DNA of 34,950 nucleotides from a virus (Duplodnaviria; Heunggongvirae; Uroviricota; Caudoviricetes): IMG/VR virus record IMGVR_UViG_2541047119_000014; one strand, 5' to 3'. Shown piece by piece: positions 27,430 to 34,950 of this stretch (position 1 is its first letter; each line of letters starts with the position of its first letter). The notes under the pieces were generated by a model. It saw only the letters and a program-made list of their open reading frames with translations, ran no database searches and was not told where the DNA came from. The position numbers and the translations under genes were made by a program.

Positions 27430-28765
27430 CGGTCGTGGTGCGTTCCGTGGTGTGCCGTTCCTCGTCTGGCGTGAGCAGCGCGAACGTGGTGGGCGAAACA
27501 TTGTCCGTCGGGAATATCCGTTACGGGAAACCGGTGGTGCAGACGATCTGGGACCTAAACTGGCTGAATTTACGTTCAGTGTACTTGTGATGGGGGATGA
27601 TGTTCAGACACAGCGAAATCGTCTGCGTGATGCCCTTCGTGCTCCCGGTGCCGGGGAGCTGCTTCACCCGGATTACGGCACGTTAAATGTGCTGATAAAC
27701 AGCTTTGAAAGTCGTTATAACGCCGCTGAACAGGGCGTGGTTGAGTTCACCATTAATGTCACGCCGGTAAGTGATGATACCGCACCTGCTGTCACACAGG
27801 ACACGGCCGCCATTCTGGAGCAGAAGAGTACCACCGCGCTCGGGCAGGTTTTTGAAACCCTGGAAGCGGGCTGGACGGTGATCTCTGACGGAATGCACGA
27901 TGTCCAGGCAATGACCGAAACCATCAGTGATAAGGTGTCCGCCCTGGAAAATGCCGTTTCCGGCATGGGGATTGTACAGGATATCAGTGCCTTTACTGCC
28001 ACGTTCACGGCGCTGAAAGGGAATGCCACGGCATTACTGACAGCACCTTCCCGCATGGCCTCATCTTTTGCGGGGCTTTTCAGTGCCCTGATCACCCTGC
28101 CATCGCTGCCGTCACTGTCTTCAGGAGGCCTGAATACCCGGCCCGGTGGCAGTATCGGCCGGACGACATCCGCCGTCTCTCAGGGAATGCCGCAACTGTA
28201 CAGGACATTATCTTCCCTGCGTTACGTGCTGGATGAGCAGGATAATCCGCAGACTCTCATCGGTCTGACACCGGCAGCACAAAAGAATATTCGTCTGATA
28301 CGGGCGGTAATGCAGAGTGCTGCCGTGGTGGCCCAGGCACAGACCGTGGGAAAACTGCTGGATCAGGTTCTCAGTCAGGAAACCCTGCCGGACAGTGACG
28401 CAGCCCACCGTACCTGGCCTGTCTGGCTGGAAAGTTCAGTTGATCTTCAGCGCATTAACCGTGACTTAAGCGAAGCGCTCGAACGGCAGGTGATGACACT
28501 GTCCGGGCAGGGGTATACCGCCACGGCGCTGACGCTTCGTGATGCCAGACTGGCACTGACAGAGGATCTGAATACACGGGGAGTTCAGCTACCCGGTGCA
28601 ACAGTAGTGACTGTACGTACCACCGAGCCTGCACTGGTGACCCTGTACCGTGCCACCGGGAACAGTACCGGCTGGCAACGTTTTGTGCGCCGTAACGGTA
28701 TTGTTGATCCGCTGTTCATTCCCGGAGGCCATTCAGTGGAGGTGATTAGTGAGCAGCAGGGTTGA
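27416..28765 (+). CDS. DNA circularisation protein (Mu N-like)
   Basis: ATG at 27416 with GGAGGG RBS (the track ORF starts at 27395); position after the tape measure. Confidence 0.78.
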   Translation: MASGDGRGAFRGVPFLVWREQRERGGRNIVRREYPLRETGGADDLGPKLAEFTFSVLVMGDDVQTQRNRLRDALRAPGAGELLHPDYGTLNVLINSFESRYNAAEQGVVEFTINVTPVSDDTAPAVTQDTAAILEQKSTTALGQVFETLEAGWTVISDGMHDVQAMTETISDKVSALENAVSGMGIVQDISAFTATFTALKGNATALLTAPSRMASSFAGLFSALITLPSLPSLSSGGLNTRPGGSIGRTTSAVSQGMPQLYRTLSSLRYVLDEQDNPQTLIGLTPAAQKNIRLIRAVMQSAAVVAQAQTVGKLLDQVLSQETLPDSDAAHRTWPVWLESSVDLQRINRDLSEALERQVMTLSGQGYTATALTLRDARLALTEDLNTRGVQLPGATVVTVRTTEPALVTLYRATGNSTGWQRFVRRNGIVDPLFIPGGHSVEVISEQQG

Positions 28766-29873
28766 ACTGTATCTGGGCGGTGAGATTTTTTCCGGCTGGC
28801 TGACGGTGAGTGTTCGTCGCTCTCTTGAACATCTGGCGGGCTCCTTTGAACTGGGGGTAATGATGCCCGGTGTACGCCTTCCGTCATCCGTCCGTGCCGG
28901 TCAGTCTCTGGAATTGCGCATTGACGGTCAGCCTGTGATCACTGGCTGGCTGGATCAGGTCCGGCAGCGCATCAGCGCCACGCGTTTTCAGATCACGCTC
29001 AGCGGACGGGATAAAACCGGTGACCTGGTGGACTGTTCAGCCATTCATCCGGGCAGCCAGTGGAGGAACCGCACGCTGGAGCACATTGCTTCAGATTTGT
29101 GTGCTCCGTTCGGGGTCACGGTGCGCTGGCAGGTAAATGATGCAACGGCAGCCCGGCCCTTTTCCACCTTCACACTGGAAAATTCAGAAACCGTGGCAGA
29201 TGCGCTGACACGGGCCGCGAGACACAGAGGCGTCCTGGTAACCAGTAATGCCGCCGGTGAACTGGTTTTCACTCAGGCCGGCAGTCAGCGTGGCGACACG
29301 CTGACGCTGGGCGAAAATCTGCTGGATTTGGATCACAACGTGGATCACCGTCTGCGCCACAGTGAATACCGTGTACGGGGGCACGGGCGTGGTGGTGGTC
29401 ATGCCGGGGATGCACTGACAGCCGGAACGCTGGCCGCACCAGTTGGTACGGTGACAGACAGTGCCATCCACCGTTACAGACCGAAAATTGTGCTGGCGGA
29501 TCATGCTGTTGATGCAGACGGTGCACGCCAGAGGGCTGTCCGGGAAATGCGCCGGGCGGTTGCCCGCTCTGTGCGCCTGACAGCCACCGTGCGGCACTGG
29601 TTTCGGGAGAACGGCCAGTTGTGGGATATCAACCTGCTGACGGCTGTCACGGCTCCCCGCACCGGAGTGGAAGAGCGTGATCTTCTTGTCTGTCAGGTGG
29701 AGTTTTCGCTGGATGCAAATCACGGCGAAACCACCCGTCTGATTCTGGCACCCCGTGACGGCTTTATTGTTCCGGCAGAGCCGGGAAACAGCGGAAGCGG
29801 AAATGCGGGTGACGTGGACGCCTTCGTGCGGGCACAGATGAAAAAACAGGGGATTAAATTCAATGATGAATGA
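28749..29873 (+). CDS. Tail/baseplate protein (Mu P-like)
   Basis: 374 aa; position. Confidence 0.8.
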   Translation: MSSRVELYLGGEIFSGWLTVSVRRSLEHLAGSFELGVMMPGVRLPSSVRAGQSLELRIDGQPVITGWLDQVRQRISATRFQITLSGRDKTGDLVDCSAIHPGSQWRNRTLEHIASDLCAPFGVTVRWQVNDATAARPFSTFTLENSETVADALTRAARHRGVLVTSNAAGELVFTQAGSQRGDTLTLGENLLDLDHNVDHRLRHSEYRVRGHGRGGGHAGDALTAGTLAAPVGTVTDSAIHRYRPKIVLADHAVDADGARQRAVREMRRAVARSVRLTATVRHWFRENGQLWDINLLTAVTAPRTGVEERDLLVCQVEFSLDANHGETTRLILAPRDGFIVPAEPGNSGSGNAGDVDAFVRAQMKKQGIKFNDE

Positions 29874-30477
29874 CGAAGTCATCAGCCGCCTTCTGGCCCC
29901 CGTGATGCGGGGTGTTCGTCTGCTGTTCGGGCGTGGTGTACTGACCGGCACAACGGACACGCTGAAAATCCAGAATGTGCAAATCACCGGTATGGATGGT
30001 GAAACCTTTGATGACGTTGAACGCCCCCAGCAGTACGGGCAAATCAGCGTCCCCCTGCCTGGTGCGGAAGTTTTTCTGGCCTGTGCTGGCGGACAACGGG
30101 ATCAGGCCGTGGTGCTTGTGGTGGAAGACCGCCGCAGTCGCCCGACCGGACTTACCGCCGGAGATACCGGCGTGTATCACCATGAGGGGCACCGTATACG
30201 TCTGACAAAGAACGGCCGGATCATTGTGACCTGTAAGACACTGGAGATTTACGCCGATGAAGGTGTTCAGGTGGATACACCGGAGGCTCACTTTACCGGT
30301 AATATCACAGTGGATAAGAACCTGCATGTCAAAGGCAATGTGTCCATTGACGGCACCGGAAGATCACAGGGGGCGTTCACGATGTCCGAAGCGGTTATTG
30401 CCGGGATCACCTATTCAGGTCATGTGCATCACGATAACGGTGAAGGCAGCAAAACGGGAGGACCAGAGAATGGCTGA
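29863..30477 (+). CDS. Baseplate assembly/spike protein (Mu gp45-like)
   Basis: 204 aa; position. Confidence 0.78.
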   Translation: MMNDEVISRLLAPVMRGVRLLFGRGVLTGTTDTLKIQNVQITGMDGETFDDVERPQQYGQISVPLPGAEVFLACAGGQRDQAVVLVVEDRRSRPTGLTAGDTGVYHHEGHRIRLTKNGRIIVTCKTLEIYADEGVQVDTPEAHFTGNITVDKNLHVKGNVSIDGTGRSQGAFTMSEAVIAGITYSGHVHHDNGEGSKTGGPENG

Positions 30478-30907
30478 TATTGCTGTCGTCTGGGATCAGG
30501 GTTGTGGTTCCCTGCAACTGAACGGCGCAGATCTTCTGACGGATAACAGCCTGCTGACTGCGGTCATTATTTCACTGTTTACGGACAGGCGGGCGCTGGA
30601 TTCCGATGAAATCCCTGACGGCACCCGTGACCGTCGGGGATGGTGGGGAGACAGTTTCCGGGAGCGCCCCATTGGCTCCCGTCTCTGGCTGTTAAGCCGT
30701 GAAAAGACGCTGTCCTCCGTGGTCAGCCGTGCACAGGCCTATGCTGATGAAGCGCTGGCGTGGCTGCATAAAAGCGGTGCTGCCACATCCGTGGTATGTC
30801 ATGCCATGCGTGTGGGGCATGATCGCCTTTCGCTTTCCGTGAAAATCACCCTGCCGGACGGAAGCAGACATCCGATGATTTTTTATGCTGATATGAAGGG
30901 GGAATGA
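30470..30907 (+). CDS. Baseplate protein (Mu gp46-like)
   Basis: ATG at 30470 overlapping the previous stop; the track ORF from 30257 is an upstream over-extension. Confidence 0.72.
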   Translation: MADIAVVWDQGCGSLQLNGADLLTDNSLLTAVIISLFTDRRALDSDEIPDGTRDRRGWWGDSFRERPIGSRLWLLSREKTLSSVVSRAQAYADEALAWLHKSGAATSVVCHAMRVGHDRLSLSVKITLPDGSRHPMIFYADMKGE

Positions 30908-31989
30908 TGCCTTATCAGCCCTTACCACTGGCGCAACTGATCACACAGACACAACAGGATATCAGCCAGCGCCTGCCCGGTTCGCAGCCGGGCGTGAATG
31001 AAACCACCCTGAATGCCATTGCGTATGCACTGGCGGGTCTGTCAGCACAGGAGCATGAACATCTGGCCTGGATCTCCCGGCAGATAATTCCGACAGAAGC
31101 TGATGAAGCCGAACTCCTGAAACACTGCGCATTCTGGGGTGTCATCCGTAAACCGGCTTCCCGCGCTGACGGACCGGTACAACTGATGCTGACCACGGAT
31201 GCAGGGATCACGGAAGGCGTACTCCTTCAGCGAAGCGATGGTGTTGTGTACCGCATCACCGGCTCTGCGACCGGAAAAGCCGGAACACTGAATGTTAATG
31301 TGGAGGCGGAAAGTGCGGGGCGCGCCGGAAATACCCCGACCGGAACCCGCCTGTCCTTTATCACGCCACAGGCGGGCATCAACCAGACAGCCACGGTTAC
31401 CGGCACGGGACTCACCGGTGGTGCGGATGTGGAAACGGTGCCGGAGTTGCTGTCCAGGCTGGTATTCCGGGTACAGAACCCGCCATCAGGGGGAACACAG
31501 TATGATTTTGAACGCTGGGCACGGGAAGTACCGGGCGTGACGCGGGCATGGTGTAAGCCTGAATGGCCTGAGGCGGGTAGTGTTGGTGTGACTTTTGTTC
31601 AGGATAATAACCCTGACATTTTCCCCGGAGAAGGTGATGTGAAGCGGGTGGCGGATTATATCCGCAGTCATGATGATCCGGCGACGGGCCAGCCCGTTGG
31701 TCAGCCACTTGGGCCGACAATCAGCGTGTTTAAGCTGACCAATAAGCCGGTGGCGTTTGAGATCAGGATTGTACCCAAAACGCCGGAAAATCAGGCTGCC
31801 GTAAAACAGGCATTAACGGACCTGCTTTATAACGAATCGCGGCCGGGTGGACTTGTATTGCCTTCATCATTCTGGCGGGCTGTTGCAGGGGTGAAAGGAC
31901 TGGAGGATTTTGAAGTTCGCAGTCCGCTGAAGTCCGTGATGGCCGGAGATACAGAGTTGCTGACCGTGGGGGAAATCACATGGCTGTAA
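30904..31989 (+). CDS. Baseplate J-like protein (Mu gp47-like)
   Basis: 361 aa; position. Confidence 0.82.
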   Translation: MMPYQPLPLAQLITQTQQDISQRLPGSQPGVNETTLNAIAYALAGLSAQEHEHLAWISRQIIPTEADEAELLKHCAFWGVIRKPASRADGPVQLMLTTDAGITEGVLLQRSDGVVYRITGSATGKAGTLNVNVEAESAGRAGNTPTGTRLSFITPQAGINQTATVTGTGLTGGADVETVPELLSRLVFRVQNPPSGGTQYDFERWAREVPGVTRAWCKPEWPEAGSVGVTFVQDNNPDIFPGEGDVKRVADYIRSHDDPATGQPVGQPLGPTISVFKLTNKPVAFEIRIVPKTPENQAAVKQALTDLLYNESRPGGLVLPSSFWRAVAGVKGLEDFEVRSPLKSVMAGDTELLTVGEITWL

Positions 31990-32540
31990 CCCTGACCCCG
32001 CATCAGCGCGCCCTGTTGCAGTTGCTGCCTGACGGGCTGGCATGGGATAAGCGGCCGTCATCCGTTCTTGCGGCTTTGTGCCTGGGCCTCAGTCATTCCA
32101 CGGAGCGTGTTTCCTGGACCGGTAACCAGATGCTGGCAGAACGTTTTCCTGATTCATCCCGTCTGCTGCTGGAAGACTGGGAGCGTTATCTGGGGTTACC
32201 GGAATGTGATATGACCGGCGCAACCATTCAGGAACGTCAGCGTTATGCAGGGAATAAATACCGGATGAAACCCTCTCTTAACCGTGAATTTTATATCCGG
32301 TTTGCGGCAGAGTTTGGTTATGAAATAGATATTCAGCCATCACCGGATTCACAGTGGGTCAGTATTGTCACGATAAACAGTGAAACCGGCTACCGGAATA
32401 TGAATGTGCTGGATGATATTCTCACCCCGCTGCGTATTTATGAGGGTGGTGCGCTGGAATGTATTCTGAACCGTTATAAGCCTGCATGGCAGACGTTTAT
32501 TTACGTGTATGCAAACAGTCACAAAGAGGAGAATATTTAA
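31980..32540 (+). CDS. Tail protein (Mu gp48-like)
   Basis: 186 aa; immediately precedes the tail fibre gene. Confidence 0.75.
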   Translation: MAVTLTPHQRALLQLLPDGLAWDKRPSSVLAALCLGLSHSTERVSWTGNQMLAERFPDSSRLLLEDWERYLGLPECDMTGATIQERQRYAGNKYRMKPSLNREFYIRFAAEFGYEIDIQPSPDSQWVSIVTINSETGYRNMNVLDDILTPLRIYEGGALECILNRYKPAWQTFIYVYANSHKEENI

Positions 32541-33451
32541 TGTTCCATGTTGATAATAATTCCGGCGTGGCGAATATGCCTGAACTGGCTCCGGCGCAGA
32601 GTAATACCACCACCTGGTTTACCGAAGGTGACGGACAAAAAGGTATCAGCTGGATTGGTCAGGACTGGCTGAATATTCTCCAGGCCGAACTGCTGAATAT
32701 TCTGGCTGAAGCCAGTATTCAGCCGGATAAGGCGCAGTTAAACCAGCTTACGCTGTCCATTAAAGCCATTATCGCTGCGAATGCCTTTTCCCGGAAAAAC
32801 AACCTGAAAGAAATTGCTGATGCCGGTGCGGAAGCCCAGCGTCTGGCCCGTGGTTATCTTGGTCTGGGGACGCTTGCCACAAAAAACAGTCTTGGTCCCG
32901 CTGACGTTAATGCCCTGGCGAAGGATCAGAACCTTGCCGACCTGGAGAATGCGGAAACCGCCCGTAATAATCTGGATGTTTACAGCAGGAGCGAAGGTGA
33001 TAACCGTTACCTGCGCAGGGACCAGAATGGCGCGGATATCCAGGACAAAGGAACCTTTATCGATAACCTCGGTTTACGGGAAACGGTAAATAAGGCTGCT
33101 GATGCCCTGCCATCGGCTGGAACCGCCGTGGCAGCAAACAGACTCGCCACCCCAAGAAATATTAATGGTGTTCCTTTTGACGGAACGCTGGATATCAACA
33201 TCACGTCAGGAATGACGCAGTCAACCGCAGATGGCCGGTATGTACAGAATGTTCAGCTTGGAGCACAGAGCTATCATTCACCCGGAGGCAATGAAATGTC
33301 ATGGAATTACAGCGCACCTTCCGGTTGTATGCTTTCCGGTATTAACGTGCAGGAAACCGGCTCCCGGTCTGCGGACAATATCGGTGGGGTCTATTATCGC
33401 CCGGTTCAGATTTATATTAATAATACCTGGAGAACGGTAAGTTCAGTGTAA
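32540..33451 (+). CDS. Tail fibre protein S (constant part 32540-33065 fused to variable part Sv 33066-33451)
   Basis: ATG at 32540 with AGAGGA RBS; C-terminal part is homologous to the oppositely oriented S'v cassette; the gix-like site lies inside the coding sequence. Confidence 0.82.
   Translation: MFHVDNNSGVANMPELAPAQSNTTTWFTEGDGQKGISWIGQDWLNILQAELLNILAEASIQPDKAQLNQLTLSIKAIIAANAFSRKNNLKEIADAGAEAQRLARGYLGLGTLATKNSLGPADVNALAKDQNLADLENAETARNNLDVYSRSEGDNRYLRRDQNGADIQDKGTFIDNLGLRETVNKAADALPSAGTAVAANRLATPRNINGVPFDGTLDINITSGMTQSTADGRYVQNVQLGAQSYHSPGGNEMSWNYSAPSGCMLSGINVQETGSRSADNIGGVYYRPVQIYINNTWRTVSSV
33059..33084 (+). promoter_or_regulatory. gix-like recombination site, left (ttatcgatAACCTCGGTTTACgggaa)
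   Basis: Core AACCTCGGTTTAC matches the Mu gix core as I recall it; an inverted copy lies at 34485-34508. Confidence 0.8.
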
Positions 33452-33461
33452 ACCACAGAAA

Positions 33462-33480
33462 AGGGTGCTGAATGCACCCT
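33462..33480. terminator. Bidirectional hairpin between convergent S and the tail-fibre assembly gene
   Basis: agggtgc-tgaat-gcaccct stem-loop, T-rich flanks on both strands. Confidence 0.55.
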
Positions 33481-33485
33481 CTGAA

Positions 33486-34007
33486 TTATTCCGGTTTTTC
33501 CGGCCAGGGAATCGCCTGGTAATGCCCCTCACTGGCAATATCATTAAAGTGCATTTCTTTAAGCTGTCGGATATACGCCATCCAGCGCGTCAGCTGTAAT
33601 TTATTTTCATCGCTAATCATGTCCAGTTTTAATTCTGTTTTCCAGTCATCCACGGTTTCGTTGGCTTCCTGGAGCAGCGATGAGCGACGCTTTTCAGCAA
33701 CCGTCTTCCAGTTTACCGGCACCTTTGATATCAGGCCATCAGAAAACTGCCAGTTACCGTCAATATTCACACCTTCCGGCAGTTCGTCCACTTCAACAAC
33801 AGTAAAACCTGCCGGATATAAAGCAGAGACATCTTCAGCAACAGAGCAGATAATACCCGTTACAGGCGAAATACAGAGTTTGTATTTCTTTGTAAAAAGC
33901 GGGATAGATTCATAAAAATCCCTTCCGTCCTCACTCTGGAAATACTGAACATCCTCACCATAGGGTTTGTCTTTCGGGTAATATCGTTTGACATTAATCA
34001 GTTGCAT
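33486..34007 (-). CDS. Tail fibre assembly protein (Tfa/U' type)
   Basis: Start placed at MQLINVK (34007); family-typical segments SEDGRDFYE, PAGFTVVEV and C-terminal IPWPEKPE. Confidence 0.85.
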   Translation of the reverse strand: MQLINVKRYYPKDKPYGEDVQYFQSEDGRDFYESIPLFTKKYKLCISPVTGIICSVAEDVSALYPAGFTVVEVDELPEGVNIDGNWQFSDGLISKVPVNWKTVAEKRRSSLLQEANETVDDWKTELKLDMISDENKLQLTRWMAYIRQLKEMHFNDIASEGHYQAIPWPEKPE

Positions 34008-34128
34008 AAACATCACCATGTAAATCAATGATAAAAACAGGAATAATACTATCGCCATATACAGGCAATGCTTGTCTGAAATAACGCATATTTCAGATGC
34101 TGGCTGCTGTGTGCTATGCCCCCGTTAA

Positions 34129-34500
34129 TTAAATACTTGCAGCGGATACCCAATGCCCATTAATACAATATTGTATCTGTCTGTAATAAACACGGTCATC
34201 ACCACCACGCATTTCCCAGTCTCCGTCAGTCTTAAAACCGGTAATCACATTTCCTGATGACAGGGAGTAATTATATTCCAGTCCGCCGCTTAATGCCTGC
34301 GCTCCCAGTCTTACCCCTGTAACATAACGCTGATTGGCCGTTGATTCCGGCATTCCTGACGTAATGTTTATATCCTGCGTGCCGTCAAAGGCGACACCAT
34401 TGATTCTGCGGGCATTTGCCAGCCTGCTTGCTGCAACAGCCGTACCGTTTGATGGCAGGGCATTCGCGGCCCTGTTTACCGTATCCCGTAAACCGAGGTT
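34129..34500 (-). CDS. Alternative tail-fibre variable cassette S'v (no own start; expressed only after inversion)
   Basis: Minus-strand frame is open from the gix-like site (stop at 34501-34503 just outside) to the stop at 34129; encodes NLGLRDTVNRAANALPS...YYRQIQYCINGHW, homologous to the C-terminal part of S. Confidence 0.8.
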   Translation of the reverse strand, partial: NLGLRDTVNRAANALPSNGTAVAASRLANARRINGVAFDGTQDINITSGMPESTANQRYVTGVRLGAQALSGGLEYNYSLSSGNVITGFKTDGDWEMRGGDDRVYYRQIQYCINGHWVSAASI

Positions 34501-34508
34501 TCAGGGAT
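34485..34508 (-). promoter_or_regulatory. gix-like recombination site, right (inverted copy)
   Basis: Reverse complement reads catccctgaAACCTCGGTTTACgggata, sharing the 17-bp core AACCTCGGTTTACGGGA with the left site. Confidence 0.8.
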
Positions 34509-34550
34509 GCCGTATATCTACTTTAAAAGGCTTTTCCACCTCTTTTTAAG

Positions 34551-34950
34551 GTAAGCGTACAGCGAGGGCCGTATTGACGGGGATGTGTTATTCAGCTGGC
34601 AGTGCTATGCGCCACGGAAGCAGTTCGCTGACCCGGTTGACCGGCCAGTCTGCTATGACGCCAAGCACATGGCGAAGGTAGCTTTCTGGATCCACGTCAT
34701 TCAGTTTGCACGTCCCGATCAGGCTGTACAGTAGCGCTCCCCGCTCACCACCATGATCAGAGCCGAAGAACAGGAAGTTTTTACGACCCAGACTGACCGC
34801 CCGCAGGGCATTTTCAGCGATGTTGTTGTCGATTTCCACCCAGCCATCGTTCGCATAGTACGTCAGTGCCGGCCACTGGTTAAGTGCGTACGCGAACGCC
34901 TTCGCCAACTCTGAGTGTCGCGACAGGGTCTTCATCTTTTCACGCAACCA
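34551..34950 (-). mobile_element. IS66-family insertion sequence, terminal part (continues beyond the window)
   Basis: Element terminus begins GTAAGCG at 34551, characteristic of IS66-family inverted repeats (from memory); contains the 3' end of a transposase gene. Confidence 0.7.
34588..34950 (-). CDS. IS66-family transposase, C-terminal fragment (truncated by window end)
   Basis: C-terminal 119 aa (…[39 protein letters not shown]…[11 protein letters not shown]) resembles IS66 TnpC C-termini. Confidence 0.7.
   Translation of the reverse strand, partial: WLREKMKTLSRHSELAKAFAYALNQWPALTYYANDGWVEIDNNIAENALRAVSLGRKNFLFFGSDHGGERGALLYSLIGTCKLNDVDPESYLRHVLGVIADWPVNRVSELLPWRIALPAE

Larger units (their letters stand above)
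159..34550 (+). mobile_element. Mu-like transposable prophage (left end to invertible tail-fibre segment; right end not in window)
   Basis: Colinear Mu gene order: repressor/ner/A/B/early genes/gam/gemA/mor/lys/terminase/portal/F/G/I/T/sheath/tube/TMP/N/P/baseplate/S/invertible segment. Left boundary is approximate (100-160), inferred from the end-proximal repeats. Confidence 0.85.

Noticed and set aside
29184-29987. 267-aa minus-strand ORF
   Set aside because: Antisense within the P-like tail gene.
30257-30469. 5' extension of the gp46-like ORF
   Set aside because: Lies inside the preceding gp45-like gene in another frame; the ATG at 30470 overlaps the upstream stop as expected for coupled genes.
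34506-34553. Short ORF (MPYIYFKRLFHLFLR) as a possible start of an invertase gene right of the gix-like site
   Set aside because: Only 15 codons before a stop and no resemblance to serine-recombinase N-termini as I recall them (for Gin and Hin).

Overview
This window is almost entirely a Mu-like transposable prophage, read left to right from its left end to its invertible tail-fibre segment; the right end is not in the window. All calls come from reading the sequence and the ORF track, with family assignments made from memory of Mu-family proteins; no database search was run. Gene order follows Mu: a left end with three TTTGATAC-type repeats (about 160-325), a divergent repressor (-) and Ner-like gene, transposase A and ATPase B, then a roughly 5.6 kb semi-essential block of small genes that includes a clear Gam homologue. 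GemA-like and Mor/C-family genes follow, then an endolysin with overlapping spanins, a TraR-like zinc finger, terminase, portal, F, G, I, major head T, sheath, tube, tape measure, N, P and the baseplate genes. The window ends with tail fibre S and a G-segment-like invertible cassette bounded by gix-like sites, abutted on the right by the terminus of an IS66-family element. The most interesting signals are: the invertible segment carries only one tail-fibre assembly gene and has an IS66 end where the invertase would be expected; a perfect (GCCGAA)x14.5 microsatellite sits in frame in a head-region gene; a tRNA-like structure lies just after F; and a tightly packed cluster of uncharacterised early genes (6498-10144) is the most plausible place for a novel anti-defence or host-takeover module, though I cannot assign it a function from sequence alone.
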